Source of the DNA: a virus
Length of the DNA stretch: 64,000 bases
Direction: 5' to 3' (one strand)
IMG/VR virus record: IMGVR_UViG_3300027734_000038
Part shown: positions 29,224 to 39,296 of the stretch, one piece after another
Position numbering within the stretch: position 1 is the first letter of the stretch
Layout of the letters: each line of letters opens with the position of its first letter
The notes under the pieces: generated by a model
Told to the model about the DNA's origin: nothing
The model's input: only the letters and a program-made list of their open reading frames with translations
Databases searched by the model: none
Position numbers and translations under genes: made by a program

Positions 29224-30356
29224 GATTTCATATTTTAGGATTACCCCATACTGTATCATCAAAAGAATATAATGCGTGTGCATATACTCAGAAAGTGGTT
29301 AAATTTGGTAAGATGATGACTGAAAGAGGTCATGAAGTGATTCATTATGGCCATGAAGAATCGGACTTACCATGCACAGAACACGTTACTGTATTGTCTA
29401 CTGAAGATTGGAAGAAAACATATGGTGACCATGACTGGCGTAAACACTTCTTTAAGTTTGACACCAACGACCATGCATATCAAACTTTCTATCGTAATGC
29501 TATTGAAGAAGTAGGTAAACGCAAACAAAAGAATGACTTTATTCTTCCGTTTTGGGGTTCAGGTACTCGACCAGTCTGTGATGCACATCCAGATTTAATC
29601 TGTGTAGAACCAGGAATTGGTTATGCAGGTGGCCATTGGGCACGATTTAAAATCTTTGAATCTTATGCCATCTATCACGCATACTATGGACTAGATTCAG
29701 TAGGTACTTGTAAGCAAGACTGGTACGATGCAGTTATTCCAAACTACTTTGACCCCGAAGATTTTGTATATACACCAGAGGAGAAAGAAGATTACTTTCT
29801 ATTTCTAGGTCGTGTATATGAGGGTAAAGGAGTTAATATTGCGGTACAGGCAACTGAAGCCATTGGTGCCAAGTTAATTATTGCCGGACAGAACTCACTC
29901 AAAGATATGGGTTACAAAGAAGTACCATCTCATGTTACTGAAATTGGTTATGCGGATGTGGAAACTAGAAAGAAGTTGATGTCCAAAGCCAAAGGTGCAT
30001 TTGTGGCATCGTTATACACCGAACCTTTTGGAGGCGTTCAGGTCGAGTGCCTTTTCTCAGGTACGCCTACGATAACAACTGATTGGGGTTCGTTCACGGA
30101 GAACAATATCCATGGTGTTACGGGGTATAGGTGCAAGACCTTTGAACAGTTTACTTGGGCAGCTAAGAATATTGACAACATTAAACCACAAGCCTGTAGG
30201 GACTTCGCACTAAATAACTTTAGTCTGGATGTGGTAGCACAGAAATATGAAGAATATTTTCAGTCAGTATTAAATGTTTATAATGGTGATGGATGGTATG
30301 AAAAGAATGATAACCGGACCGAATTGGACTGGTTAACCAAATATTATCCTGCCTAA
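29220..30356 (+). CDS. Glycosyltransferase, GT-B fold, family 4-like
   Basis: FLFLGR...KG; EPFGGVQVE (E-x7-E)...GTP.ITTD. ATGA overlap with the oxygenase stop. Confidence 0.88.
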   Translation: MRFHILGLPHTVSSKEYNACAYTQKVVKFGKMMTERGHEVIHYGHEESDLPCTEHVTVLSTEDWKKTYGDHDWRKHFFKFDTNDHAYQTFYRNAIEEVGKRKQKNDFILPFWGSGTRPVCDAHPDLICVEPGIGYAGGHWARFKIFESYAIYHAYYGLDSVGTCKQDWYDAVIPNYFDPEDFVYTPEEKEDYFLFLGRVYEGKGVNIAVQATEAIGAKLIIAGQNSLKDMGYKEVPSHVTEIGYADVETRKKLMSKAKGAFVASLYTEPFGGVQVECLFSGTPTITTDWGSFTENNIHGVTGYRCKTFEQFTWAAKNIDNIKPQACRDFALNNFSLDVVAQKYEEYFQSVLNVYNGDGWYEKNDNRTELDWLTKYYPA

Positions 30357-30393
30357 ATATAATATAAACCAACCTTGGGGAAAGTGAACCGAA

Positions 30394-31533
30394 TTGGCAA
30401 CCAGCTCAAACTTTGTCGTTAAAAATGGCCTATCCGTAGGCGCAAATGCCGTTATTGCAGCTAACGGTGCGTGGATTGGTGCCAACACAAACCTCATCGG
30501 TGCAACTGGTCCTACAGGTGCCACAGGTCCACAAGGTGCAACTGGTTTTGGTGCTACTGGTGCTACAGGTATTATTGCACCTTGGATTTATATCACATCT
30601 ACAACCTCTGCGGTTGCAAATACTCAATATATCGCCAATACTGTTGGTGGTTCTTTCACTCTCACACTTCCATCTACACCAGTTTTAGGTACAACCATTG
30701 TTGTTACTGATGGTGGAAATTGGGGTAATAATAATCTCACAATCGGTCGTAACGGAAAAACAATTGAAGGTGATGCTTCTGATTTAATCTGTGATGTAGG
30801 TCAGACAACTATTCAGTTAATCTATGATAACATTACATGGCAGACAACTGCAACTATTGGTTCAAAAGGTGCTACTGGTATTACTGGTGCAACTGGTGTG
30901 CCGGCTGCATGGGCATATATCACAGCTAATACAAATGCTGGTGCCAACTCTCAATACATTGCTAATACAACAGGCGGTGCGTTTACATTAACACTACCTG
31001 CAACACCAGTAATTGGCACAACAGTAACAATTACCGATGGTGGTGATTGGGGTGTAAACAATTTAACTATTGCAAGAAATGGTTCTACAATTGAAGGTGT
31101 TGCTGATAATGTGGCGTTGAATCTTCCGTCAACATTAGTATACTTCATATATACTGGTACAACTTGGCAAGTAGTTACGACTGCTGGTTCACAAGGTGCC
31201 ACAGGCGTTACTGGTCCAACAGGACCTTCAGGCACAAATGGTGCCACAGGTTTAACCGGACCAACCGGTCCTACAGGTCCTACCGGTCCAACAGGACCTA
31301 CAGGTGCTACAGGTGCAGGCGCAACAGGTGCCACAGGTCCTGCCGGTCCATCAACAGTATCTTCAGGTGTAATTACTCTTTCAAGTTCTACACCATTTGT
31401 TTTAAATGCCAACACAATTACGGCAGATTACACAATTCCTGGTGGTTACAATGCCTTCAATGCTGGTCCAATGACTATTGCTACTGGTGTGAATGTAACG
31501 ATTGCTACTGATGCTAATTGGGTAATCATTTAA
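30394..31533 (+). CDS. Collagen-like hub protein: NFxxKNGL N-terminus, two gp10-like domains, C-terminal GPxT...W domain
   Basis: TTG start, inferred from identity with the N-termini of 35419 and 39297. G-X-T repeats. Two YIANT.GG.FTLTLP..P..G...D...W..NNLTI.RNG.TIEG domains. Confidence 0.8.
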   Translation: MATSSNFVVKNGLSVGANAVIAANGAWIGANTNLIGATGPTGATGPQGATGFGATGATGIIAPWIYITSTTSAVANTQYIANTVGGSFTLTLPSTPVLGTTIVVTDGGNWGNNNLTIGRNGKTIEGDASDLICDVGQTTIQLIYDNITWQTTATIGSKGATGITGATGVPAAWAYITANTNAGANSQYIANTTGGAFTLTLPATPVIGTTVTITDGGDWGVNNLTIARNGSTIEGVADNVALNLPSTLVYFIYTGTTWQVVTTAGSQGATGVTGPTGPSGTNGATGLTGPTGPTGPTGPTGPTGATGAGATGATGPAGPSTVSSGVITLSSSTPFVLNANTITADYTIPGGYNAFNAGPMTIATGVNVTIATDANWVII

Positions 31534-31542
31534 GGATAAAAT

Positions 31543-31923
31543 ATGGCCGGCACATTAACATTAGACACATTAAAAACAAGCTCAGGAGTTCTTGCAACTC
31601 AGAATGGCATGACTGGTATTGCTAAGGCATGGGTAAATTTTTCTGTTGCAGGATCGGCTTGTTCTGTAGTTTCTTCCTTTAATGTTTCTTCTGTTACATA
31701 CAATTCAGCTGGAAATTTTACTATTAATATGACAACTGCAATGCCAAATGCAAATTATACAGCAATAATAGGATCAGTAAATACTTTTGGAAGTGGTGTT
31801 TATTACGGAACTGGTGTTTTTGGAACCAATACTACAAGTAGTTTTAGTATGAGGATGGTTGGTGGTAATGGCAGTTATATTGATGGATTAAATAACGGTT
31901 ATGCAGCAGTGTTCAGTTCATAA
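31543..31923 (+). CDS. Fibre-tip protein, family A (AKAWVNF)
   Basis: AKAWVNF...FNVSSVT...G.FTIN...AMPNANY. Confidence 0.7.
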   Translation: MAGTLTLDTLKTSSGVLATQNGMTGIAKAWVNFSVAGSACSVVSSFNVSSVTYNSAGNFTINMTTAMPNANYTAIIGSVNTFGSGVYYGTGVFGTNTTSSFSMRMVGGNGSYIDGLNNGYAAVFSS

Positions 31924-31932
31924 GGATAAACA

Positions 31933-32328
31933 ATGGCAGGCACACTAACTCTCTCAACATTATCTGATGGTACAAATAGTACCTCAGCAACTAATGCCAT
32001 TCAAGGTTCTGCAAAGGTTTGGGTAAATTTTAACGGCACAGGCACAGTAGCTATTAGGGCTTCTTATAATGTATCTAGCATTACTGACAACGGCACAGGC
32101 AACTACACAGTTAATTTTACAAACGCTTTAACCGATGCTAACTATGCAGTTCATGTAACAGGCACAGAAAATAATACTGGTGAGATTGCTCGTATTGCCA
32201 CTGTTTACGGGGACGCAAGCACAGGTGCTTCAGGCAAAACATCAAGTGCAGTAAGAGTAGTTTTTGGTGCATCAAACGCCGCTACTTTTTTTGATTCTGC
32301 CGAAATGAATGTAACTTGTTTTAGATAA
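31933..32328 (+). CDS. Fibre-tip protein, family A
   Basis: AKVWVNFNG...YNVSSITDNGTGNYTVNF; paralogue of 31543. Confidence 0.7.
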   Translation: MAGTLTLSTLSDGTNSTSATNAIQGSAKVWVNFNGTGTVAIRASYNVSSITDNGTGNYTVNFTNALTDANYAVHVTGTENNTGEIARIATVYGDASTGASGKTSSAVRVVFGASNAATFFDSAEMNVTCFR

Positions 32329-32345
32329 TTTATAAAGGAAAAAAA

Positions 32346-32765
32346 ATGACACAAGTAATTATTTTTACAAACGACAATGGTGGTGTATCAGTATGCACAC
32401 CAACAGGCGAATTGCCAATCGAAGCCGTGTTAGCAAAAGATGTACCAGAAGGTCGTGGTGCTAAGATTGTTAGTAACACAGATTTACCAAACGAACACAA
32501 TGATTTCTTCAATGCTTGGGAAATGGATGATGACGGTGTTGTTACTGTTAGTCTTACCAAAGCAAAAGAACTCACTAAGGCAAGACTTCGTTTAGAAAGA
32601 ACACCTTTGTTGACTGCACAAGATGTGTTATATCAACGTGCTCAAGAAGCTAATGCTGATACTACAGCAATTGTTGCCGAGAAGAACAGACTTCGTGATA
32701 TTACTTTGTTAGCTGATGCAGCAACAACTTTAGCTGCACTAAAAGCAATCTCAGTAGAGGCCTAA
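32346..32765 (+). CDS. Putative fibre assembly/chaperone protein (family A partner)
   Basis: Acidic N-terminus, then a helical R..R.PLL..D...K.RLRDIT segment resembling tail-fibre assembly proteins. Confidence 0.55.
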   Translation: MTQVIIFTNDNGGVSVCTPTGELPIEAVLAKDVPEGRGAKIVSNTDLPNEHNDFFNAWEMDDDGVVTVSLTKAKELTKARLRLERTPLLTAQDVLYQRAQEANADTTAIVAEKNRLRDITLLADAATTLAALKAISVEA

Positions 32766-32769
32766 TAAA

Positions 32770-33273
32770 ATGTCAGTCACCATTTCTGGTAGTGGACAAA
32801 TTGTAAAACAGATTCAACAGACTGTTGTTACAACTGGATCTTTTACTTCTACATCCACATCAATGGTGGACATTACCGGTATGTCTGTAAATATTACACC
32901 TAGTAATGTTGCAAACAAAGTATTGATTACTGTATGCATGACTTATGCACAACAGTCCAACTATAATGTGGCATTTCAATTGTTAAGAAATGGAACTCCT
33001 GTAGGTATTGGCACAAGCGGAACAACAGGACCAAATTATTCTTTTATTGCTTCGCCTGCTGGAACAAATACTCCAAGTAATGTTAATTGGACTTTTTTAG
33101 ATTCACCATCTTCAACTTCTGCACTCACATATAAAATACAATGTAGGCAACAACTTGGTGGTGCAGGAACATTTGCATTAAATTTTGCAAACGGATATTT
33201 AAATGCCACTGCTGATGTATATGGTGGTTGTTATACGTCAACAATCACGGCACAAGAAATAGCATACGCTTAA
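32770..33273 (+). CDS. Fibre-tip protein, family B (DSP..T...TY, C-terminal EIA)
   Basis: ITP....KVLI; LDSPSSTSALTYKIQ; STITAQEIA. Confidence 0.7.
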   Translation: MSVTISGSGQIVKQIQQTVVTTGSFTSTSTSMVDITGMSVNITPSNVANKVLITVCMTYAQQSNYNVAFQLLRNGTPVGIGTSGTTGPNYSFIASPAGTNTPSNVNWTFLDSPSSTSALTYKIQCRQQLGGAGTFALNFANGYLNATADVYGGCYTSTITAQEIAYA

Positions 33274-33283
33274 ATAATAACAA

Positions 33284-34339
33284 ATGACAATACTACAAAG
33301 TTCTATCGCAAGTAATGTAATCTCAGGAGCCACAGGTGCCACAGGTCCTTCTGGTTCTAATGGTACCAATGGAGCTACTGGTGCAACTGGTGCATCACCA
33401 TGGTCATTGAGTGGCTCAGATACATATTACACGGTTGGTAATGTAGGTATTGGTACTACTAGTCCTGCAAGCAAATTAGATGTAAAAGCTGGTACTGGCT
33501 CTGTAATTTCTCGTTCTACTAGCGGTACAAACTTTAAAGCGTTTTACGATGATGGTAGAACTACTTACACTTCTGTAAATTATGATGGCCTTTCTACAAC
33601 AGGAGCGCAAGATTTATTGCTTAATGCTGGAACTACTGCTTCACAAAATATGTTGTTTAGAACTGCTGACACAGAACGGATGCGTATTACTTCTGCTGGC
33701 GAATTGGGCGTTGGTGTAACTCCTAAAGCTTGGACCAATATTAAGTCAATTAGTTATGGGCAAAACGGTGCAGTTTATGGTGATGGTGCTAGTTATTCTT
33801 GGGCTTCTGGTATAGCTCAGAATAGTTACAACGAAACAAACGCATGGAAATATATTGCTTCAGGTTATTCTGCTAATAGATATGAACTTTCTGGTGATAA
33901 TGGAAGTCATGTTTGGTACACCGCTGGGTCAGGCACAGCAGGCGGCACTATTAGTTTTACGGAACAAGGGCGTTTTACTAGCGCAGGTGTTTTTCAGTTT
34001 AATTCAGGTTACGGTTCATCCGCTGCAGCATATGGTTGTCGTGCATGGGTTCATTTTACTGCAAGTAATGGCACAAGAAACGGTTCAGGAAATGTAAGTT
34101 CTGTAACCAGAAATGGCACGGCTGACTACACAGTAAATTTTGCTACTGCAATGCCAGATGGTAATTATGCAATTACCGGTTGTTTAAAACCAACTTCAGG
34201 TCAAACAGGTAATAATGCTCGAGATGTTCATGTAGCAGCAGAAACAGGTGCAAGCACATCTTCATTTAGAATTAGAACTGTTACTGCTGGTGCTGGTTTT
34301 GAAGAACCGGAATATGTTTATGTAGCAGTATTCAGATAA
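33284..34339 (+). CDS. Fibre: ISGATG N-terminus, TERMRI repeat, family A tip
   Basis: GNVGIGTTSP, TERMRITS, AYGCRAWVHF...NVSSVT. Confidence 0.75.
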   Translation: MTILQSSIASNVISGATGATGPSGSNGTNGATGATGASPWSLSGSDTYYTVGNVGIGTTSPASKLDVKAGTGSVISRSTSGTNFKAFYDDGRTTYTSVNYDGLSTTGAQDLLLNAGTTASQNMLFRTADTERMRITSAGELGVGVTPKAWTNIKSISYGQNGAVYGDGASYSWASGIAQNSYNETNAWKYIASGYSANRYELSGDNGSHVWYTAGSGTAGGTISFTEQGRFTSAGVFQFNSGYGSSAAAYGCRAWVHFTASNGTRNGSGNVSSVTRNGTADYTVNFATAMPDGNYAITGCLKPTSGQTGNNARDVHVAAETGASTSSFRIRTVTAGAGFEEPEYVYVAVFR

Positions 34340-34348
34340 AAATAAAAA

Positions 34349-34987
34349 ATGACCTCATTAAGTAACTTAATATCTTCTGCAATCTCTGGTGCCACAGGTG
34401 CCGTAGGTCCTACTGGTCCCACAGGACCAAATGGTGCATCTGGTCCAGCCGGTCCTACAGGTCCATTAGGACCAACTGGTGCAACAGGCGTAACTGGTCC
34501 TACAGGACCAACTGGTGGTCAAGGTGCCACAGGTGTTACAGGTCCTACGGGTCCATTAGGACCTACAGGACCAGCTGGTGCTACTGGTCCTGCCGGTTCT
34601 GTTGGAGTTACATCCCTTAACGGACAAACTGGTGCAATTACTAATACAGACATAGATGCTATTGGTAGTGTGATTGTTGCGGTGTATGCTATTAATGCTC
34701 CTAGCACAGCACCAGGGACATATGGATGGCAAACAACTAATGCAAATACTACAGTTGCGGGTTCAAATTTACGCTATAACTTTACTATACCTACATATAC
34801 AGAAGTTGCGGGAATTAGAAGTTGGTATACAAAAAACGTAGGTAGTAATTCGCCAAGTTATAACGGTGGCGGCACATCGCTTTCAGGAACTTGGAGAACT
34901 TTAAGTTATGAAAACAGATTTGGTTCAGAAGGTGACGGTAATTGGAGTTTTAGTTGGAATCCAGTATTATGTGTAAGAGTTTCTTAA
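34349..34987 (+). CDS. Collagen-like fibre with ISGATG N-terminus and a distinct tip (SGTWR...RVS)
   Basis: Long G-X-T tract; [11 protein letters not shown]. Confidence 0.75.
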   Translation: MTSLSNLISSAISGATGAVGPTGPTGPNGASGPAGPTGPLGPTGATGVTGPTGPTGGQGATGVTGPTGPLGPTGPAGATGPAGSVGVTSLNGQTGAITNTDIDAIGSVIVAVYAINAPSTAPGTYGWQTTNANTTVAGSNLRYNFTIPTYTEVAGIRSWYTKNVGSNSPSYNGGGTSLSGTWRTLSYENRFGSEGDGNWSFSWNPVLCVRVS

Positions 34988-34999
34988 AAGGATAAAATA

Positions 35000-35263
35000 A
35001 TGTTTACTATTCAATATGTTAAAGATTTGCAATGGTGTGATACAGAACACACTTTTTTTACTTGCGTTGCTAAATACGAAGAATTTAACGAAGAACATCC
35101 AACTGGTGTAAATGCAACTGACCATTATGCTCATATACAAGAAATTTGGGCTAAAGGTAATGCAGGCGAATATGGGGTAATTGCTGAATACATACCGCCA
35201 CCACCTGAAATCCCACCACTTCCTGATCCCGTAGTAACACCTGAACCGCCTGTTTTGGAGTAA
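35000..35263 (+). CDS. Putative fibre assembly partner
   Basis: Small acidic ORF with GEYG.IAEY.PP and a Pro-rich tail. AAGGA RBS. Confidence 0.55.
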   Translation: MFTIQYVKDLQWCDTEHTFFTCVAKYEEFNEEHPTGVNATDHYAHIQEIWAKGNAGEYGVIAEYIPPPPEIPPLPDPVVTPEPPVLE

Positions 35264-35265
35264 AT

Positions 35266-35412
35266 ATGGTTTATCCTAACTCTACACCTGAATTTCGCAT
35301 TGTTGTAAAGCAAAATGGTTCAGAAGAACTACAAGTGCGGTATATAAATTCAGCAATGGGTTACACAGGCAAATGGATGCCGGTAAAAATAGAAAAAGAA
35401 AAAGTAGAATAA
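35266..35412 (+). CDS. Small ORF, 48 aa (not in the ORF track)
   Basis: MVYPNSTPEFRIVVKQNGSEELQVRYINSAMGYTGKWMPVKIEKEKVE. GGAG RBS; fills the gap exactly. Confidence 0.6.
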   Translation: MVYPNSTPEFRIVVKQNGSEELQVRYINSAMGYTGKWMPVKIEKEKVE

Positions 35413-35418
35413 TAATAA

Positions 35419-36327
35419 ATGGCAACTAATTCAAACTTTAAAATCAAGAATGGCCTGACAGTCAACACGACTGATGTTATTGCTGCCAACGGAGCTTGGA
35501 TTGGTATTGCTACAAACTTAGTAGGTGGCACAGGCGCAACAGGTGTTACAGGTCCTACAGGTGCGACAGGCGTTCAAGGACTTTTAGGGCCCACAGGTCC
35601 TACTGGTGCCACGGGTATTACGGGTTCAACAGGACCAGATGGTCCAACCGGCCCAACCGGTTCTACAGGACCAACAGGTCCATTAGGTGCAACTGGTCTA
35701 ACAGGACCACAAGGTGCGACAGGCGTTACTGGTCCATCAGGTCCAGTCGGTTCAACAGGTATCACAGGACCTACTGGTCCTACAGGCCCAGCCGGTCCTA
35801 CTGGTGCAACTGGTGGTTTGCAAGCTTGGCTTGTAATTACTGCTAATACAGCTGCATCAGGCAACACACAATATATTGCTAACACAGCTGCTGGTTCATT
35901 TACATTAACATTACCTGCAACACCAAACATTGGTTCAACAGTTGCTGTTGCCGATGGTTACAGTTGGGGTGCCAACAATTTAGTTGTAGCACGCAATGGT
36001 TCTACTATTGAAAGAGTTGCAGATGATATCTCTCTCAATATTACAAACAGTTTAGTTTATTTTGTATACACAGGCGACACATGGCAGGTTGTATCTACTG
36101 CTGGTCCTGCCGGTGCAACTGGTGCTACAGGTGCAAATGGTAGTAATGGTGCTTCTGGTGCCACAGGTCCTGGTGGTTCATATACTGGATTTGTAATTCA
36201 CACAGATACTATTCAAGCAAACACAACGATTGCTTCAGGCAATAATGCCTTGTCTGTTGGACCAATCACACAAGCAAACAATGTCACAGTAACTCTTGCT
36301 AGCGGTCAACGCTGGATAGTAATCTAA
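35419..36327 (+). CDS. Collagen-like hub protein: NFxxKNGL N-terminus, one gp10-like domain, C-terminal GPIT...W domain
   Basis: Longest G-X-T tract in the window; ends [24 protein letters not shown]. Confidence 0.8.
   Translation: MATNSNFKIKNGLTVNTTDVIAANGAWIGIATNLVGGTGATGVTGPTGATGVQGLLGPTGPTGATGITGSTGPDGPTGPTGSTGPTGPLGATGLTGPQGATGVTGPSGPVGSTGITGPTGPTGPAGPTGATGGLQAWLVITANTAASGNTQYIANTAAGSFTLTLPATPNIGSTVAVADGYSWGANNLVVARNGSTIERVADDISLNITNSLVYFVYTGDTWQVVSTAGPAGATGATGANGSNGASGATGPGGSYTGFVIHTDTIQANTTIASGNNALSVGPITQANNVTVTLASGQRWIVI
35524..35817 (+). repeat. Collagen-like (Gly-X-Thr)n coding repeat
   Basis: About 30 GPT/GAT/GVT triplets. Similar tracts occur in 30394, 34349, 39297, 48069, 50958 and 53652. 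Confidence 0.9.
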
Positions 36328-36335
36328 GGAATAAC

Positions 36336-36926
36336 ATGGCTCTCATTTTTGATGGCACAACCGGTACAATTAGTGGAGCAGTAGTTGCCAACACACAGTT
36401 GTCTGGCACAATGACTTCTTCACAAATTGGTTCTGTTTCTAATACATCAATTACAGGCACTATGGCATACTCACAGATGCCTTCAGGTAGTGTTGTTCAA
36501 GTTGCTGTGGGTCAAACAGATTTTAACGGTACTTTAACTGAAGGTGCTTCATATACTGTTGGTTCAGCAATTACTCCTGTAACTAGTTATTCTAAACTAT
36601 TAATGGTTGGTAATGTATATTTGCGTTCACCTTATGCTTATGGTGGTTATGGCGATTATACTATTGGACCTAACTACGGTATTGGTAATAGCCTTTCAGA
36701 TTCAAGTAGTACCTATACAATATTTCTTCAAGGCATGAACTCTGGTAATTTTGGAGGAGGTTCTTATACTGCTTCATCAAGCACTCCAAGTATTATGCAT
36801 TATGCTGTAAAAGGCACCGGTTCTTGGACAACTTCTGACACTCCACGATATACTATGCAGATTGGTCCTGTTTATGGCGGAACCTATTGGGGTAAAATGA
36901 CAGTTATCTACTACTTTATTAAATAA
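36336..36926 (+). CDS. Fibre-tip protein, divergent family B
   Basis: MPSGSVVQV...ITP...SKLL. Confidence 0.6.
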   Translation: MALIFDGTTGTISGAVVANTQLSGTMTSSQIGSVSNTSITGTMAYSQMPSGSVVQVAVGQTDFNGTLTEGASYTVGSAITPVTSYSKLLMVGNVYLRSPYAYGGYGDYTIGPNYGIGNSLSDSSSTYTIFLQGMNSGNFGGGSYTASSSTPSIMHYAVKGTGSWTTSDTPRYTMQIGPVYGGTYWGKMTVIYYFIK

Positions 36927-36933
36927 GAAAACT

Positions 36934-37263
36934 ATGGAACAAGCAATTAAATTTATAGAAGCTGTCATAACATTGAGGCCAAATTCTATTGGTAAATTTG
37001 CCACTAGTGGTATTGAAATTACGGAATGGCACGATGAAAATAATATTCAGCCAACAAATGAAGAAGTCTTAGCAGAAGTTGCAAGAAAAGAATCTGAGTA
37101 TGACAACAATGAGTATCAAAGAAATAGAGCAAAAAAATATCCAGCAATTGCGGACCAACTTGATATGTTATGGCACGCAATGGATACTGGAGCATTACCT
37201 AAAGTTGATTCATTCTATGACGCCATTCAAGCCGTTAAGAATGAGTATCCTAAAGCAGAATAA
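36934..37263 (+). CDS. Putative fibre assembly partner (YQR.R..YP.I.DQLD family)
   Basis: Paralogue of 47759. Confidence 0.6.
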   Translation: MEQAIKFIEAVITLRPNSIGKFATSGIEITEWHDENNIQPTNEEVLAEVARKESEYDNNEYQRNRAKKYPAIADQLDMLWHAMDTGALPKVDSFYDAIQAVKNEYPKAE

Positions 37264-37273
37264 ATAATACACA

Positions 37274-38194
37274 ATGAGCACAATATCAGCCGGCACAAGT
37301 AACACTACCTCACTCGTATACACAGGTGATACGACAGGTAACTTAGCGTTCCAAATTAATGGAACTACCGAAGCCATGCGTATCACTTCTGGTGGAAATG
37401 TGGGAGTTGGTACTACTAGTCCAGAAAAGAATTTTGATATTCTTGTGACTGGATCCAACCCAACATCAAATTTGCAAGTTCGAGCAAATCGCACAGGATA
37501 CGGAAATGTTAGAGCAGGACTTTCTGTTTATGCAGCAGGTAGTTCTTCTACAGACATTACAACGTTGGTTAATGAAGGCGGTGTTTTAGCATTTCAAACA
37601 GGATCTACAGAACGGATGCGTATTAAATCTACTGGTGCTGTTGTTGTTGGTAAAACAACTGAATCAGGAATGGCTACTGGCAGTTCTGTAAATATGGGTA
37701 TATGTTTAAATGATAGTGGCAATCCAGGAATCCTTACTATTCAAGAAAATACTGATGCTAATTTATATTTGTCTAAAGCAAGCGGATATTCATCAGGCAT
37801 ATATACAAGATTTTATGTAACAGGTACACAAGTAGGTAAGATTGAAAGTAACGGATCATCTACGTCTTATGTGACTTCTTCTGACTATCGTTTAAAAGAA
37901 AATATTACACCAATGATTGGTGCTTTGGCTAAAATAGCGTTGTTAAAACCTGTTACTTACAAATGGAAAGCTAACGGTTCTGCAAGTGAAGGTTTTATTG
38001 CCCATGAATTGCAAGAGGTTTGTCCAGAGGCAGTAAGTGGAAAAAAAGATGCCGTAAATAAAAATGGAGATATTGAGCCACAAGGTGTTGACACATCATT
38101 CTTAGTGGCTACTTTAACTGCCGCTATTCAAGAACTAAACGCTAAAGTAGATGCACAAGCCGCAGAAATTGCCGCATTGAAAGGAAATAATTAA
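37274..38194 (+). CDS. Fibre with TERMRI repeats and S74 chaperone
   Basis: SSDYRLKENI...GFIAHELQEV.P.AV.G.KD...LTAAIQEL. Confidence 0.85.
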   Translation: MSTISAGTSNTTSLVYTGDTTGNLAFQINGTTEAMRITSGGNVGVGTTSPEKNFDILVTGSNPTSNLQVRANRTGYGNVRAGLSVYAAGSSSTDITTLVNEGGVLAFQTGSTERMRIKSTGAVVVGKTTESGMATGSSVNMGICLNDSGNPGILTIQENTDANLYLSKASGYSSGIYTRFYVTGTQVGKIESNGSSTSYVTSSDYRLKENITPMIGALAKIALLKPVTYKWKANGSASEGFIAHELQEVCPEAVSGKKDAVNKNGDIEPQGVDTSFLVATLTAAIQELNAKVDAQAAEIAALKGNN

Positions 38195-38982
38195 TGCCTT
38201 CAACCGTCAATGCAGACAATGGTGTATCATCAGGTTCAGTAGGTCTTAAATACGCCTCTGACAATAGCGGAGTATTGGCTCTACAAACAAATGGTAACAC
38301 AGCAGTAACGATTACATCTGCAAACAATGTGGGTATTGGAACAACAAGTCCAGATTCATTACTTCATGTAGTTAATCCATTGAGTGCTTCTATTCGTGTT
38401 GGTTATGCCGGCGGTTCTACAAATTATTATGATGCATCTGTTCACACATTTAGAGCAAACACAGGATCACCTTCTGTATTTGTGGCAAATCAATATGGTA
38501 TTGGATTAGGGACAGTTACACCATCTTCAGGTATGGGTATTGCTTTTCCAGCGGCACAAGTTGCTTCATCTGATCCTAATACATTAGATGATTATGAAGA
38601 AGGTACATTTACACCTATTGTTTATGGTGGCAGTTCTACTGGAACAACAACTTACAGTTCTCAATATGGAAAATATACAAGAATTGGAAATGTTGTAACT
38701 ATTAGCGCCCAAATGGATTGGACTTCTGCTACAGGAACAGGGTCAATGCAGATTGGAGGTTTTCCTTTTACGAGTTCTAGCACAACAGGTATTAATCCAA
38801 TTGGAACCGTAATGATGTATAATATTGCCGTTCCAGCAAGCAGTATTTTCTTTTCTCTATATACAAACGGTAATAATACTGTTGCAAATATTTATGCTAA
38901 TAGAGATAACAATACTTGGACTGCCGTTCAAATGGATTCTAACGCTATATTGTTATACACATTAACTTATTTTACGGCTTAA
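38194..38982 (+). CDS. Fibre-tip protein (NTLDDYEEGTFTP family)
   Basis: LDDYEEGTFTP...GKYTRIGNVV...GGFPF. Confidence 0.7.
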   Translation: MPSTVNADNGVSSGSVGLKYASDNSGVLALQTNGNTAVTITSANNVGIGTTSPDSLLHVVNPLSASIRVGYAGGSTNYYDASVHTFRANTGSPSVFVANQYGIGLGTVTPSSGMGIAFPAAQVASSDPNTLDDYEEGTFTPIVYGGSSTGTTTYSSQYGKYTRIGNVVTISAQMDWTSATGTGSMQIGGFPFTSSSTTGINPIGTVMMYNIAVPASSIFFSLYTNGNNTVANIYANRDNNTWTAVQMDSNAILLYTLTYFTA

Positions 38983-38991
38983 TTATAAATT

Positions 38992-39013
38992 ATCTAAAGT
39001 GGATTCTTTAGAT
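38992..39013 (+). promoter_or_regulatory. Hairpin with TGGATT loop upstream of the RBS
   Basis: ATCTAAAG-TGGATT-CTTTAGAT, a perfect 8-bp stem. No U-tract follows. Confidence 0.5.
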
Positions 39014-39033
39014 GGACAAAAGGAGAAGTGAAA

Positions 39034-39285
39034 ATGGCATTAACAAAAGAAGTAGTAATCGATAAAGTAGAAGTAGTAGAAAACGGAATTGTTCAGGTTC
39101 GTCAAGTAACACGAATCATGGAAGATGGTAATCAATTATCTTCTTCCTATCACCGTTGGACATTAACACCAGGTCAAGATGTAACTGACCAAGAATCAAA
39201 AGTTCAAGCAGTATGTAATGCTGTGTGGACAGAAGAAGTTATTGCTGCATACGAAGCACAACAAGAAGCTAACAGACCAGTTTAA
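39034..39285 (+). CDS. Putative fibre assembly partner (MALTKE...YHR family)
   Basis: ATG at 39034 with AGGAG at 39021-39025. Confidence 0.6.
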   Translation: MALTKEVVIDKVEVVENGIVQVRQVTRIMEDGNQLSSSYHRWTLTPGQDVTDQESKVQAVCNAVWTEEVIAAYEAQQEANRPV

Positions 39286-39296
39286 TAAAGTAAATA

